From Candidatus Babeliales bacterium (GTDB lineage: Bacteria > Babelota > Babeliae > Babelales > JANWKD01): a stretch of DNA of 64,000 nucleotides. Every line of letters starts with the position of its first letter. Position 1 is the stretch's first letter. Where the stretch lies: positions 672,001 through 736,000 of the forward strand of contig CAVRJM010000001.1 in NCBI GenBank assembly GCA_963722075.1, in the 5' to 3' direction. Shown piece after piece: positions 49,413 to 60,226 of this stretch. The notes under the pieces were generated by a model. It had not been told where the DNA came from, ran no database searches, and worked only from the letters and a program-made list of their open reading frames with translations. Position numbers and translations under genes: made by a program.

Positions 49413-49712
49413 TTAATACTGATCAAATAACATAGAAACCACACCAGCAATACCATATAATACAGATATATATGCTATTGTATAACAATTTTCATTGAAA
49501 AATTCTTTAAATTCTTGCGATCGGGTTTTAGGAATAAGTTGAATTGCTTCTGGATCATAATTTTGAATCCATTCTTGTCGCATACGCTGATTAAATTCCA
49601 AAAGTTGCCCCGTTTCTTTTGCTGATTTCTTAATAAATCCTTCCTGCTTTTTTTGCATTGAAGACAACGGCAATACACATAATAAAAACATTATTAAATA
49701 ATATTTGCTCAT
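49413..49712 (-). CDS. small secreted protein with C-terminal TM (tandem family, divergent member)
   Basis: signal ending PLSS-MQ; C-terminal hydrophobic helix. Confidence 0.65.
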   Translation of the reverse strand: MSKYYLIMFLLCVLPLSSMQKKQEGFIKKSAKETGQLLEFNQRMRQEWIQNYDPEAIQLIPKTRSQEFKEFFNENCYTIAYISVLYGIAGVVSMLFDQY

Positions 49713-49743
49713 ATTTTTAATTCCTTAGCTGAATAATTTACTT

Positions 49744-50085
49744 TTAAGATTGCAGGTATTCAAGTACCATTAACCCTACTCCTGCTGCAATGCCACCACT
49801 AATACCGCTGGTCAGGAAAACAGCAAAATAGAAACAACATGGATTTTTCATTATTGCATTACCTCCATTAATAATAAAATTTTTGCCAATTGAAGCTTTT
49901 TTTTGCACAGGACGATGATAATGGGCTTCTTCGGTATCATAATTAGGGCTATCGATTGCATATGCTCTTCGCTCTCGGATATAGTTTATCAAAATCTCTT
50001 CATTAGATAATTGTTCTTTGCCAATTTCCATTGAATACAATGGAACTATGGATAATAAAGTCATGAGCAAATAACATGCACGCAT
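49744..50085 (-). CDS. small secreted protein with C-terminal TM (tandem family)
   Basis: AAGGAG before ATG 50085; NYDTEEA, GNAIMKNPC, YLQS shared with 50115-50465. Confidence 0.75.
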   Translation of the reverse strand: MRACYLLMTLLSIVPLYSMEIGKEQLSNEEILINYIRERRAYAIDSPNYDTEEAHYHRPVQKKASIGKNFIINGGNAIMKNPCCFYFAVFLTSGISGGIAAGVGLMVLEYLQS

Positions 50086-50114
50086 AGTTTCACTCCTTAA
50101 TTCTTTAAAAATTT

Positions 50115-50465
50115 TTAAGATTGTAAATATTGAAGTATCAATGAAGTTATTGTATACGATATAAGGGCTGAAATACCGCCACTTATACTTCCTATTGCCC
50201 CCAGAATACAAAGATTGCGACAGGGATTTTTTATTATTGCATTACCTTCTTTAATAATATGTTTCTTACACCATGGTTCATTTCTTAGTGCAGTATAATG
50301 GAACGTGGCTTCCTCAACATCATAATTACTGCTATTACTTACAAAGGCTTTATGAGTTCGGATATATTTTCTTATTGGCTCTTGATCATACTCCATCGAA
50401 AGTAAATTCCCAACAATAGGAATAACACAACCTAATAATAGTAAAATGCAATATAGCTTTTTCAT
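50115..50465 (-). CDS. small secreted protein with C-terminal TM (tandem family)
   Basis: NYDVEEA, GNAIIKNPC, ISGGI, YLQS. Confidence 0.75.
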   Translation of the reverse strand: MKKLYCILLLLGCVIPIVGNLLSMEYDQEPIRKYIRTHKAFVSNSSNYDVEEATFHYTALRNEPWCKKHIIKEGNAIIKNPCRNLCILGAIGSISGGISALISYTITSLILQYLQS

Positions 50466-50477
50466 AATATTAACTCT

Positions 50478-51368
50478 CTAATCTTTTAATAATTTCATTA
50501 TCTGTTTAAACTGTTCTTTTTTTTCAGCGTTATTTTTGTTTATTTTTTTCTGTTTACGTGCCGTTTCATACGCATCTTTACTATTTGCACCCTTACTCAA
50601 TAATAGTTGCACCACCGTAATCTGCCCTGCAAACACAGCGCTCATCAAAGCAGTAGGCCCTTGCTCAATTTTTCCATGTGGCCACATAGAGCGCTTACCG
50701 CGTTCATCAATACCGGCACCATGTCGTAAAAGCAAATCTACAATCAATGAAAAACCTTTTGAAGCAGCTTCTTGTAAATGTCTAAAGTCATCATATTCAT
50801 TATCAATTGTAACTGGGGCGCCTGCGTTTAATAATAATTCTACTATTGTTACATTCCCCTTCATTGCTGCACATGTAAGCGGGTTATTAGTAAATCCGCC
50901 ATATTGTCGTATATCATGAACTGGACCTTCATCGGTAAAGTATTTTTCAAAATTAGGATTTTGCGTAAGAAAGTAGGCAACCACTGGCGTTTGACCCGTT
51001 TGAATCGCATAATTAAGAGCAGGTCTGCCAAAAAAATCTTTTTGATAGAGGTCAGCCCCTTGTTCTACTAACAATTTAATCGCTTCTAATCGACCTTTAT
51101 CGGCGGCATACATGAGTGCAGTACGATCTTTATATTTCTGATTAACGTCAATTTTATGACCAAGCAATACTTCTATAAAATCAACCTCTCCCTTTTTTGC
51201 TGCTTTATGAATGAGCGGCAATTTTTTTTTGCCTACTCGTACATCCTTTAGATTATTGGTATCAAAGCTAGATTCTTGCAGTTCTTTTTTTACCTGTTTA
51301 TATGAATGCATAGCAAAACTAACATAAGGAATTGTGCATGCAAGTAATAATTTTTTTATCATTACCAC
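50478..51368 (-). CDS. secreted ankyrin-repeat protein
   Basis: canonical repeats TALMYAA.KG..E.IKLLVEQGAD, PLTCAAMKG, TALMSAV.AG. Confidence 0.92.
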   Translation of the reverse strand: MVMIKKLLLACTIPYVSFAMHSYKQVKKELQESSFDTNNLKDVRVGKKKLPLIHKAAKKGEVDFIEVLLGHKIDVNQKYKDRTALMYAADKGRLEAIKLLVEQGADLYQKDFFGRPALNYAIQTGQTPVVAYFLTQNPNFEKYFTDEGPVHDIRQYGGFTNNPLTCAAMKGNVTIVELLLNAGAPVTIDNEYDDFRHLQEAASKGFSLIVDLLLRHGAGIDERGKRSMWPHGKIEQGPTALMSAVFAGQITVVQLLLSKGANSKDAYETARKQKKINKNNAEKKEQFKQIMKLLKD

Positions 51369-51382
51369 TCCCTTTTTAATAA

Positions 51383-52105
51383 CTATTTATTATTTTTTTC
51401 GTGCTCTATAAATTTTTCCAGATCGTGGATTAACATTTCAACATTATCGGTAGGATATTTTTTATTTATTTCTTTTAAAAATTCAAGCTTCTGTTGATGA
51501 GTTTCATTACAGCGACCTTTAGTATTAATGAGTGCTTCGCTTGCCATATGAGTAAGAATTTGAATTATCTGCGCAAATTCAGCTTGATTAGTACTATGTA
51601 AATTCTTCATATAAGCATCAAATTCATTAACATTTTCATGGTGCCCAAATACATCAGCACATATTTCATAATTTTTATTAACAAAACATTCCTTATTGTG
51701 ACAATCTAATTTTTCTTTAATTTTTATTAAGCTATCATAAGATTCTTTGGAAATAGTATCTTTATATGCATCTAAAATATAGGTCTCATCAACATTATAG
51801 AGAGTTGCTCGATTAACATGAGCTCCTGCAGCAAATTCCATAAATAAAGCATATTTTATATCACCCGGATTTGTTACATTATTTTTTGTTTCTTCTTTAA
51901 ATGCTTTTTTAAGCTTCTTTAATTTCTTGCACCCATCTTCATTGTTGTTTTGATAACATTCTTTAGATTGTTCGCCCATCTGCTCATAAAAATATCCTAA
52001 TCGCACAATAAATTCTCTTGTGGGGTTTTTATCTTCAGCATGGGCTGTATTAAAGCCGATTAAAAAACTGAACGCTAAACTATATATGAGTGATTTTTTT
52101 TGCAT
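51383..52105 (-). CDS. secreted hypothetical protein
   Basis: AAGGAG RBS; signal peptide AHA; paired Cys. Confidence 0.75.
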   Translation of the reverse strand: MQKKSLIYSLAFSFLIGFNTAHAEDKNPTREFIVRLGYFYEQMGEQSKECYQNNNEDGCKKLKKLKKAFKEETKNNVTNPGDIKYALFMEFAAGAHVNRATLYNVDETYILDAYKDTISKESYDSLIKIKEKLDCHNKECFVNKNYEICADVFGHHENVNEFDAYMKNLHSTNQAEFAQIIQILTHMASEALINTKGRCNETHQQKLEFLKEINKKYPTDNVEMLIHDLEKFIEHEKNNK

Positions 52106-52262
52106 AAAAGCTCCTTAGGAAAATTAACTATAAATCCATTCAAGTATAAGCATTTTTAATAGCTACTCAACTAATGTTTCTTATTAAAAAGACTCTTTTT
52201 TCTTTAACTACTAATTATGATAAAATTATCATTATAACATCCCCACATTTTCTGGAGCATTC

Positions 52263-53246
52263 ATGAAAATTTTTATAAAAACCTTACTGTTATCCTCCAT
52301 TTTCCTGCAATTAATTCAAGCCATGGACCCGCAAAAAGGAATATTCCCATTTTTAGATGCACCCATAGAAATGCAACAATTAATTGTTAGTGACTTAATG
52401 AGTAGCATACCTTCCATTGCCGCTATTAAAACATATCTCAGCTTTAATAGATGTAGTAAACATTGCCGTGCCTTGATAACAGGTGATCACTTTATTACGC
52501 AAGTAGCTACCGCATGGGCCACCGACGCTGCTACGCTCGCACTCATTTTTGGTGATTTTGAATCGCCTTTGTATAAAGAAAAAAAAGAACAATTAGAACA
52601 ATTATCAAAAATAGAACGTTTAGAAGATGTTATTAATTCTAAATGTAGCTATTCTAGGGAACCTCAAAGAACTCTTAACAATTTCAAATATTCACCATTA
52701 GGTCTTTTGGTTCTACTTAAATTACGTTTACCCTATGACATAAAAGCAGGATTTAGAACTGCAGCAAAGGTAAATGATCCTAATCTTGTGCAATTTTTTA
52801 CAACTATGAACAATATCACTCAATCTGATCTTAATCAGGCTTTACAAGCCGCTGCCAAAAAATTAGCTTTTAAAACTATGCGCCAATTAATCGAATTAAA
52901 TGCGGATATTACTACTCGTAATCGATCAGAAAATACCGTACTCTTAAGAACAATACGCGACTACTACAGAAATAAAACAGTAAAATCGACCAGAGTTGAT
53001 TCCTCTTTTGATAAGTTTCTTTCGATTTTAAATCTGCTTATCACTCCTTCCACTATTAATGAGAGAAATGATTATAGATTTTCTCCTATTGATCATGCAT
53101 TGCTTGAAGAAGATTCCGTTTTAGCACAGTTCTTAATTAATAACGGCGCTGATACTTCCGAATGCGATGAAGAAAAGCTATCAGATCTTTTAAAATCAGA
53201 TAATAAATTCGATGCAAGGGCCTCAAAGAGATCCCTATGCAATTGA
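52263..53246 (+). CDS. secreted F-box-like/ankyrin-repeat protein
   Basis: signal ending IQA-MD; FLDAPIEMQQLIV; LIELNADI, SPIDHAL, FLINNGAD. Confidence 0.82.
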   Translation: MKIFIKTLLLSSIFLQLIQAMDPQKGIFPFLDAPIEMQQLIVSDLMSSIPSIAAIKTYLSFNRCSKHCRALITGDHFITQVATAWATDAATLALIFGDFESPLYKEKKEQLEQLSKIERLEDVINSKCSYSREPQRTLNNFKYSPLGLLVLLKLRLPYDIKAGFRTAAKVNDPNLVQFFTTMNNITQSDLNQALQAAAKKLAFKTMRQLIELNADITTRNRSENTVLLRTIRDYYRNKTVKSTRVDSSFDKFLSILNLLITPSTINERNDYRFSPIDHALLEEDSVLAQFLINNGADTSECDEEKLSDLLKSDNKFDARASKRSLCN

Positions 53247-53467
53247 TTTTGGTTGAGATGCTCAAATAAAAAACCTCAAGGACACTAAGCAGCAGTATAT
53301 TCAGCAATATTTAATCGATTTTTCCTCAGAATACACTTCAAGATGCAGAAGATGATTACCATAGACAATTAGAAATTCTTAAAACAAGAAAATATGCAGA
53401 TGAAGTAGTACAACGTATGCGAGCAGAATGGTCTATGAGACCAGAAGGTTCTAATTTTCAATATTAA
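53212..53467 (+). pseudogene. possible degraded gene remnant
   Basis: protein-like reading MQGPQRDPYAIDFG*DAQIKNLKDTKQQYIQQYLIDF / frameshift in T-run / PQNTLQDAEDDYHRQLEILK...NFQY*. Confidence 0.35.
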
Positions 53468-53498
53468 ATTATTAATTTTCTAGTAGATAGGAAACAAC

Positions 53499-54182
53499 AT
53501 GAAAATTATTATAAAAGTATTTATTTTATCATTAGTAGTTTTTACTTCATTGCATGGTATGGAGAAAGATATAATCCATGGTTTTTTATTTTCAACCTCC
53601 AGGAATAATGTACAGCAAGATTCAATTCGTAGCTTTTATAAAGCAGTACAAAATAATGATGCTCAGACAGTGGATTTTCTCACCGCTAACGCAGCTCAAT
53701 TACCGCTCAGTACCAAGAGGCTAAATAAAGCCTTAAAGAAAGCTACCGACCTTAATGTTTATAGTTATGATGTTATTCCGGTTCTTATTAATCGCGGTGC
53801 AGACATTTCTACTAAAGACAAAAGAAAATACACACCGCTTATGCGCGCAATCGAACAATTTAATACACTTCAACATAGCCGATCATCCCAGAGACCTAAT
53901 GTAACTTATGATGAATTGTTTAAAACATTACTGTTATTAATCAATGAAAATACTATAAATGAAGCCGCGCCTAAAACGGTAACTTATAGACCTGCGCCAA
54001 CTCCCTTAGCACTTGCAATATTATACAGAGATCCATTATTAGTAGAATTTCTTATTGAACATGGTGCTGATAAAAAATCGCTTGTTGATGTGTGGAGACA
54101 ACAAAGACCCCTTTCAGAATATGCTCAAGGAGTAGAAATGCCTAAGGAAGACAAAGAAAAAATAGTTAAGTTATTAGAATGA
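53499..54182 (+). CDS. secreted ankyrin-repeat protein
   Basis: signal ending LHG-ME; LINRGADI, TPLMRAI, TPLALAI..LVEFLIEHGAD. Confidence 0.88.
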   Translation: MKIIIKVFILSLVVFTSLHGMEKDIIHGFLFSTSRNNVQQDSIRSFYKAVQNNDAQTVDFLTANAAQLPLSTKRLNKALKKATDLNVYSYDVIPVLINRGADISTKDKRKYTPLMRAIEQFNTLQHSRSSQRPNVTYDELFKTLLLLINENTINEAAPKTVTYRPAPTPLALAILYRDPLLVEFLIEHGADKKSLVDVWRQQRPLSEYAQGVEMPKEDKEKIVKLLE

Positions 54183-54196
54183 TGCAAAAAATGATG

Positions 54197-54436
54197 TTAT
54201 TGCGTTAAAATTACCGTGGCTTGTTCACGGGTAATATGTAGAATGCCCCCGGCGATAGTAGTAGATTCTTGTTCACCATTTTGCAAACAATAAATCAGCG
54301 GCTTATTGGGAGAAAGTACTAAAATCATGGGTGCATGCCCACGTTGCATAACAAAGTTACCCACCGGGGTATTTACTTCAAGCCACGCAATATCAACTAT
54401 TTTTTTATCCCCTAAACTCACCATAAAAAGCTTCAT
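54197..54436 (-). CDS. atpC: F1 ATP synthase epsilon subunit, N-terminal domain only
   Basis: TPVGNF...GHAPMI..L, IAGGILHI; directly downstream of atpD. Confidence 0.8.
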   Translation of the reverse strand: MKLFMVSLGDKKIVDIAWLEVNTPVGNFVMQRGHAPMILVLSPNKPLIYCLQNGEQESTTIAGGILHITREQATVILTQ

Positions 54437-54438
54437 AT

Positions 54439-55902
<1,464 letters not shown>

Positions 55903-56059
55903 TTAAATTTATATAGTAATAACCTTAATTTAAGCCTAGTAAATTGTAAAGTTTTTAACGTTGTAAAGTATATTCTCTTGTAATTAAACGTACTAACAGC
56001 CTATTCTATCAACATGAAAAGAATTAACCAATTATTTAAAAAGCAATAAGGAATATCGT

Positions 56060-57529
56060 ATGAAATTACTTTTTTACAGCCTTATTTTCTGGGTTATTCC
56101 CCTGATGAGCGCCCCTCAAATTGCCCAACCAAAAGAAAAAACTGCTCCTCAAGAGCTTCCTGATTATGACAAAGTTATTTTCCAATGGTCAAAATCGTTT
56201 GCTGAAGTAATACATATTATTAATAAAAAATACCATGAACCTATTAACCCCGAAAAAGGTATGATTAATGCTATTAATGCATTCTTGAATACGCTTGACC
56301 CTCATTCAGACTTCATGGATAAAAAAAAATACAAAGATATTATTGAAACAACCCAAGGAGAGTTTTATGGTATCGGCGTCATCATTGATTATATGAAGGA
56401 AAACGATCAGGAATTTTTAAAAATAATTGATATTGTGCACGGAGGTCCTGCTGATAATGGTGGTGTTAGGGCTGAAGATCTTATTGTGCAAGTTAATAAT
56501 GAATCGCTTAAAGGAATGTCTGTTGAAGAAATAGTGGCAAAGTTAAAAGGTAAAAAAAATACTGAAGTTCATATAAAAATTAAACGTGCCAATAATCCTG
56601 AACTCCTTTCTTTCACTTTAAAACGAGACGTAGTTAAAGAACAAGACGCCCTTTGCTACTATTTCAAAGACCATGCCATATACTATTTATCTCTGCGCAT
56701 GTTTACTGAAAACTCAGTAAAACAATTAGAACAACTATTAAAAAAATGTCAGCAAACTACTAAAGGCTTAATTCTTGATTTACGTAATAATTCTGGCGGT
56801 CTTTTAAGTGCTGTTACTGATATTGCCGGCCTCTTTTTACCAATTAATAGTTTAGTGGTAACTACCAAAGAACGTGAGCGGCAGGTTGATTATAAAACCA
56901 CTCGAGAACCTATTAATAAATGCACCATGCCCATTTTTATTCTTATTAACAATTTTACCGCTTCTGCAGCAGAAATTTTAGCTGGATGCCTACGCCATCA
57001 TTCTGAAACTAATAATAAAATACCTTTTGTATTCCTGGTGGGTAGTAAAACATTTGGTAAAGGTTCAGTACAAGAGGTAATTCCTATTAATAATGATTGT
57101 GCTGCTAAAGTGACCACTTCTCTTTACTATCTGCCTAATGATATTTCTATTCAAAGTGTCGGTATAGAACCTGATTTTTCTATTGAGCAACGTATTGCTC
57201 CTACTAAAGAAATGCAATGGTTTAATAAATTTTTTGGGTATGAAAGCAGTTTAAAAAATGCAATAAAAAACAAAGATGTACCTCCCCTCACTCAAAAAGA
57301 TGATGCTGTTACTGATGCCAAAGAAAAAGAAAAAACCTGGCAAGAAAAAAAGAAAGAACAGATTGGAACTGATTATATCATTTTAAGCACCTTACGATTA
57401 ATTGAAATGTACTCCATGGCAAAAAAAGCATATCCTCAGGAACTTACCACGCGCAAAGATGTTGTTTCTTTTTTACGCAAAAATTATATTACTTCCGACG
57501 CTTTGACCATGGAAGAAATTACTGTTTAA
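56060..57529 (+). CDS. S41 C-terminal processing protease with PDZ domain
   Basis: LDPHS, GIG, LILDLRNNSGG, TASAAEI, TFGKGSVQ, GIEPD. Confidence 0.93.
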   Translation: MKLLFYSLIFWVIPLMSAPQIAQPKEKTAPQELPDYDKVIFQWSKSFAEVIHIINKKYHEPINPEKGMINAINAFLNTLDPHSDFMDKKKYKDIIETTQGEFYGIGVIIDYMKENDQEFLKIIDIVHGGPADNGGVRAEDLIVQVNNESLKGMSVEEIVAKLKGKKNTEVHIKIKRANNPELLSFTLKRDVVKEQDALCYYFKDHAIYYLSLRMFTENSVKQLEQLLKKCQQTTKGLILDLRNNSGGLLSAVTDIAGLFLPINSLVVTTKERERQVDYKTTREPINKCTMPIFILINNFTASAAEILAGCLRHHSETNNKIPFVFLVGSKTFGKGSVQEVIPINNDCAAKVTTSLYYLPNDISIQSVGIEPDFSIEQRIAPTKEMQWFNKFFGYESSLKNAIKNKDVPPLTQKDDAVTDAKEKEKTWQEKKKEQIGTDYIILSTLRLIEMYSMAKKAYPQELTTRKDVVSFLRKNYITSDALTMEEITV

Positions 57530-57577
57530 TTTTAAGTTAGTTATCGCATACACTAATATTTGAGTAGATAAATGAAT

Positions 57578-57660
57578 GTCATTCTGAGGCGAAGCCGTAA
57601 GAATCCAGTTATAAATTTTCATTTTCTGGATCCTTACGTCGCATTGCTCCTCAGGATGAC
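57578..57660. repeat. inverted REP doublet (57578-57608, 57626-57660)
   Basis: GTCATTCTGAGGCGAAGCCGTAAGAATCCAG and CTGGATCCTTACG...CTCAGGATGAC. Confidence 0.88.
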
Positions 57661-57689
57661 GGTAGGAAATATTTTTTATTAGGGGTCTT

Positions 57690-58544
57690 ATGAAAAAGTA
57701 TCATATTTTTATTATTATTAATTTATTACACCTATATTCATATGCTGCTGAAAAACCTATCGTACAAGATGCTAAAGAGATTGAGCGCATTATAGAAAAA
57801 AATTCTGAACTTGCTAAAGAAGCACAAAAAAAAGCATACGAAGCTGAACAAGCAGAAATGACGGCAAAAACGGAAAAAGAAAAATATAAAACAATAATGG
57901 ATGATACTTCTTTACCCGCTGAAAAACAAGAAGCAGCACGCACTGAATATATTATATGGGGGGGCAAAGAACAAGAATACGCTAAAACTAAAATTCAAGA
58001 ACAAACCAAAGCAAATGATTTAATAACCGATAATACAAAATTAACTCAATCGCAACAGGAGGTGCAAAAAGAATTCACTGCAGAACCAACACCAGAAACA
58101 AATATATTAAAAGAGCAATTTGAATCTTGTATAAAATCCGATATTCTGACCTTATTTCAAAGCCAAAAATTACAAAATTTAAATAGCCCGCAAATGATAG
58201 AGTATATGAAAGAATTAAGCCAACAGCTTGCAGATCTTACACAATATGAGCGCACAAACTTTTATCAAAGTTATACATACACGGAGCAACAATGGAAGCA
58301 GATTCATAATGATGTTCTACAAAATCCTAATAAATATGACCCACGCTATAGAAAATTAATCCAATCACTAAATGAATTAAAGAAAAAAATTGAAGCGAAC
58401 CTCAAACAAAATAATATTGAAATACCAACTACCGCTAATACCGATAGATGTTTTGTCAAAATATATGCAGATGTTAATGCAAAAATAATTAAAATGGAAA
58501 AATTGATGGGCAAAGATATTGATTCATCAATTATTTGGGATTAG
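57690..58544 (+). CDS. secreted helical hypothetical protein
   Basis: signal peptide SYA; E/K/Q-rich coiled coil. Confidence 0.75.
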   Translation: MKKYHIFIIINLLHLYSYAAEKPIVQDAKEIERIIEKNSELAKEAQKKAYEAEQAEMTAKTEKEKYKTIMDDTSLPAEKQEAARTEYIIWGGKEQEYAKTKIQEQTKANDLITDNTKLTQSQQEVQKEFTAEPTPETNILKEQFESCIKSDILTLFQSQKLQNLNSPQMIEYMKELSQQLADLTQYERTNFYQSYTYTEQQWKQIHNDVLQNPNKYDPRYRKLIQSLNELKKKIEANLKQNNIEIPTTANTDRCFVKIYADVNAKIIKMEKLMGKDIDSSIIWD

Positions 58545-58792
58545 AACAAGGTAAAACAGGAGAAGTACGAAAACGTGGATCTTTTTTATGCGGCGGATAG
58601 TTATTAGTAAGGATAAAAATGAACAGAAAAATAAGTGTTGATGTTAGTGAAACAACTATGCGATATTTATTTTTTCTACACATACAATTTAATCGTTAAA
58701 TACAACCTCTTATAATATCATATGCCTAATTAATTTTTTGTCAAAAAGGGTAATTACTTTTCATCTACTCTCTGTTCAAAAAGGAAATAGCA

Positions 58793-60208
58793 ATGAGATT
58801 ACCGCTTGTGCCTCTGTACATCTCTTTAATTTTATTTACAAATAGCCATTCAAAGCCGCCATTGGGAGAAATTCTCAATGTAGCAGCTCATGACGATCAG
58901 CAACATGACGCTCAACAACCTTATGAGCTATCCGCATGGCGTGGTATTGTAGCAATCGAAAGCAGTCTCATAAAAAATATCTGGCTGTATGCTCATACCG
59001 CTCATGCTACTACCCAACTTAGTAAAAAACTGTTTCATGTAGAAGTTGATGAAGAACTCTTCATTACCAGTTATGAACCATATGCTCGATTTACCCTTGA
59101 AACTATCATTTCCTTAATTCAATCGCTCCATAATGGCTCATTATGTAAAAGCAGTAGTTCATATAAATATAAATACACTCACATATTAGCTTTAACCACT
59201 ACCTTTCAAGGAAATAAATCACCGGCACGACTTAAGAAATTAATAAAATTAATTAAGAATTCCCTAACAGAAGAACAGCATTATTATCCCACGGGAACTA
59301 CTATGCAAATATTATTAGCGTTACTCTATCTTAAAAGCCAAGGAACCAAAGAAATGAGTTGTATCATGGTACCAAAAGAAGCTATCTATCACCCTCTTGA
59401 ACATAACATGGTCCCGGTGATTGTTCCCCTCATTTATACTCATTATTATAAACCAAACCATCCCCCAAAAGTAGCATGGGCGCGACGCGTAGTATATAAA
59501 GATTATCCACCTATCTCTGATTGTGTTGAAACCGCAATAAGAAATGTTATTAATGAACTTATGTTCGATGATACTAAAAAACAGTTTTTGCTAGAATACG
59601 TGCCACCACACATATCTGAACAAGTTAAAGAATTTTATGTAAATTTTGCATCAGCAAAAACATATGATGAAGTTAACCATCCTGATTTACATCAAGATTG
59701 GCTTACCCGTGTTTCCAATTTAGAATCGTGTATATATAGAAAAGAAGGTTTTGAGATTCATCCCAGTGCTGATAATTTTTTTTCAACACTCTGTATTTTA
59801 TTAGGTATAGAAAAAGCTGGAACTAACGATATACCATCTTTAATTAATAAGTTCTGCGCTGAATGCTCTAGAAACCCCTTTATAACCATTAATTTTTTAG
59901 GATGTTCAACAAAAACCGACACCTATAATCATTTCAGCTTTAGTCTATATAATAAAAATAACTCACTCATCAAAAGATATATTACCGTTCATATCAAAAA
60001 GGACCATGCCTGGATGACACAAGAGACTAAATCTGATGACGCAATAATTAGTGATAATCCTGCACCATCAACAATTAGCAACCTCATTGATTATGATAAA
60101 GCACTTATGCATATCATGCCTCGTAACTTTGAGACAGATCCTCCGTTTACACAAAATAGCTTATTTTTTTCTTTATCTTCTGGTGCACCAGAAGGGGTAA
60201 AAATCTAA
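58793..60208 (+). CDS. secreted hypothetical protein with SDCVETAIRN motif
   Basis: 471-aa ORF, signal peptide, AAGGA RBS. Confidence 0.75.
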   Translation: MRLPLVPLYISLILFTNSHSKPPLGEILNVAAHDDQQHDAQQPYELSAWRGIVAIESSLIKNIWLYAHTAHATTQLSKKLFHVEVDEELFITSYEPYARFTLETIISLIQSLHNGSLCKSSSSYKYKYTHILALTTTFQGNKSPARLKKLIKLIKNSLTEEQHYYPTGTTMQILLALLYLKSQGTKEMSCIMVPKEAIYHPLEHNMVPVIVPLIYTHYYKPNHPPKVAWARRVVYKDYPPISDCVETAIRNVINELMFDDTKKQFLLEYVPPHISEQVKEFYVNFASAKTYDEVNHPDLHQDWLTRVSNLESCIYRKEGFEIHPSADNFFSTLCILLGIEKAGTNDIPSLINKFCAECSRNPFITINFLGCSTKTDTYNHFSFSLYNKNNSLIKRYITVHIKKDHAWMTQETKSDDAIISDNPAPSTISNLIDYDKALMHIMPRNFETDPPFTQNSLFFSLSSGAPEGVKI

Positions 60209-60226
60209 AGCCATTAGGCGTGAACC

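Noticed and set aside
50086..50211. 5' extension of ORF 49744-50211
   Set aside because: It overlaps the upstream paralog; RBS and signal peptide indicate a start at 50085.
57578..57608. GTC...CTGAG-hairpin-GTAA as a hammerhead ribozyme
   Set aside because: It lacks the CUGAnGA and GAAA core and the three-stem topology.
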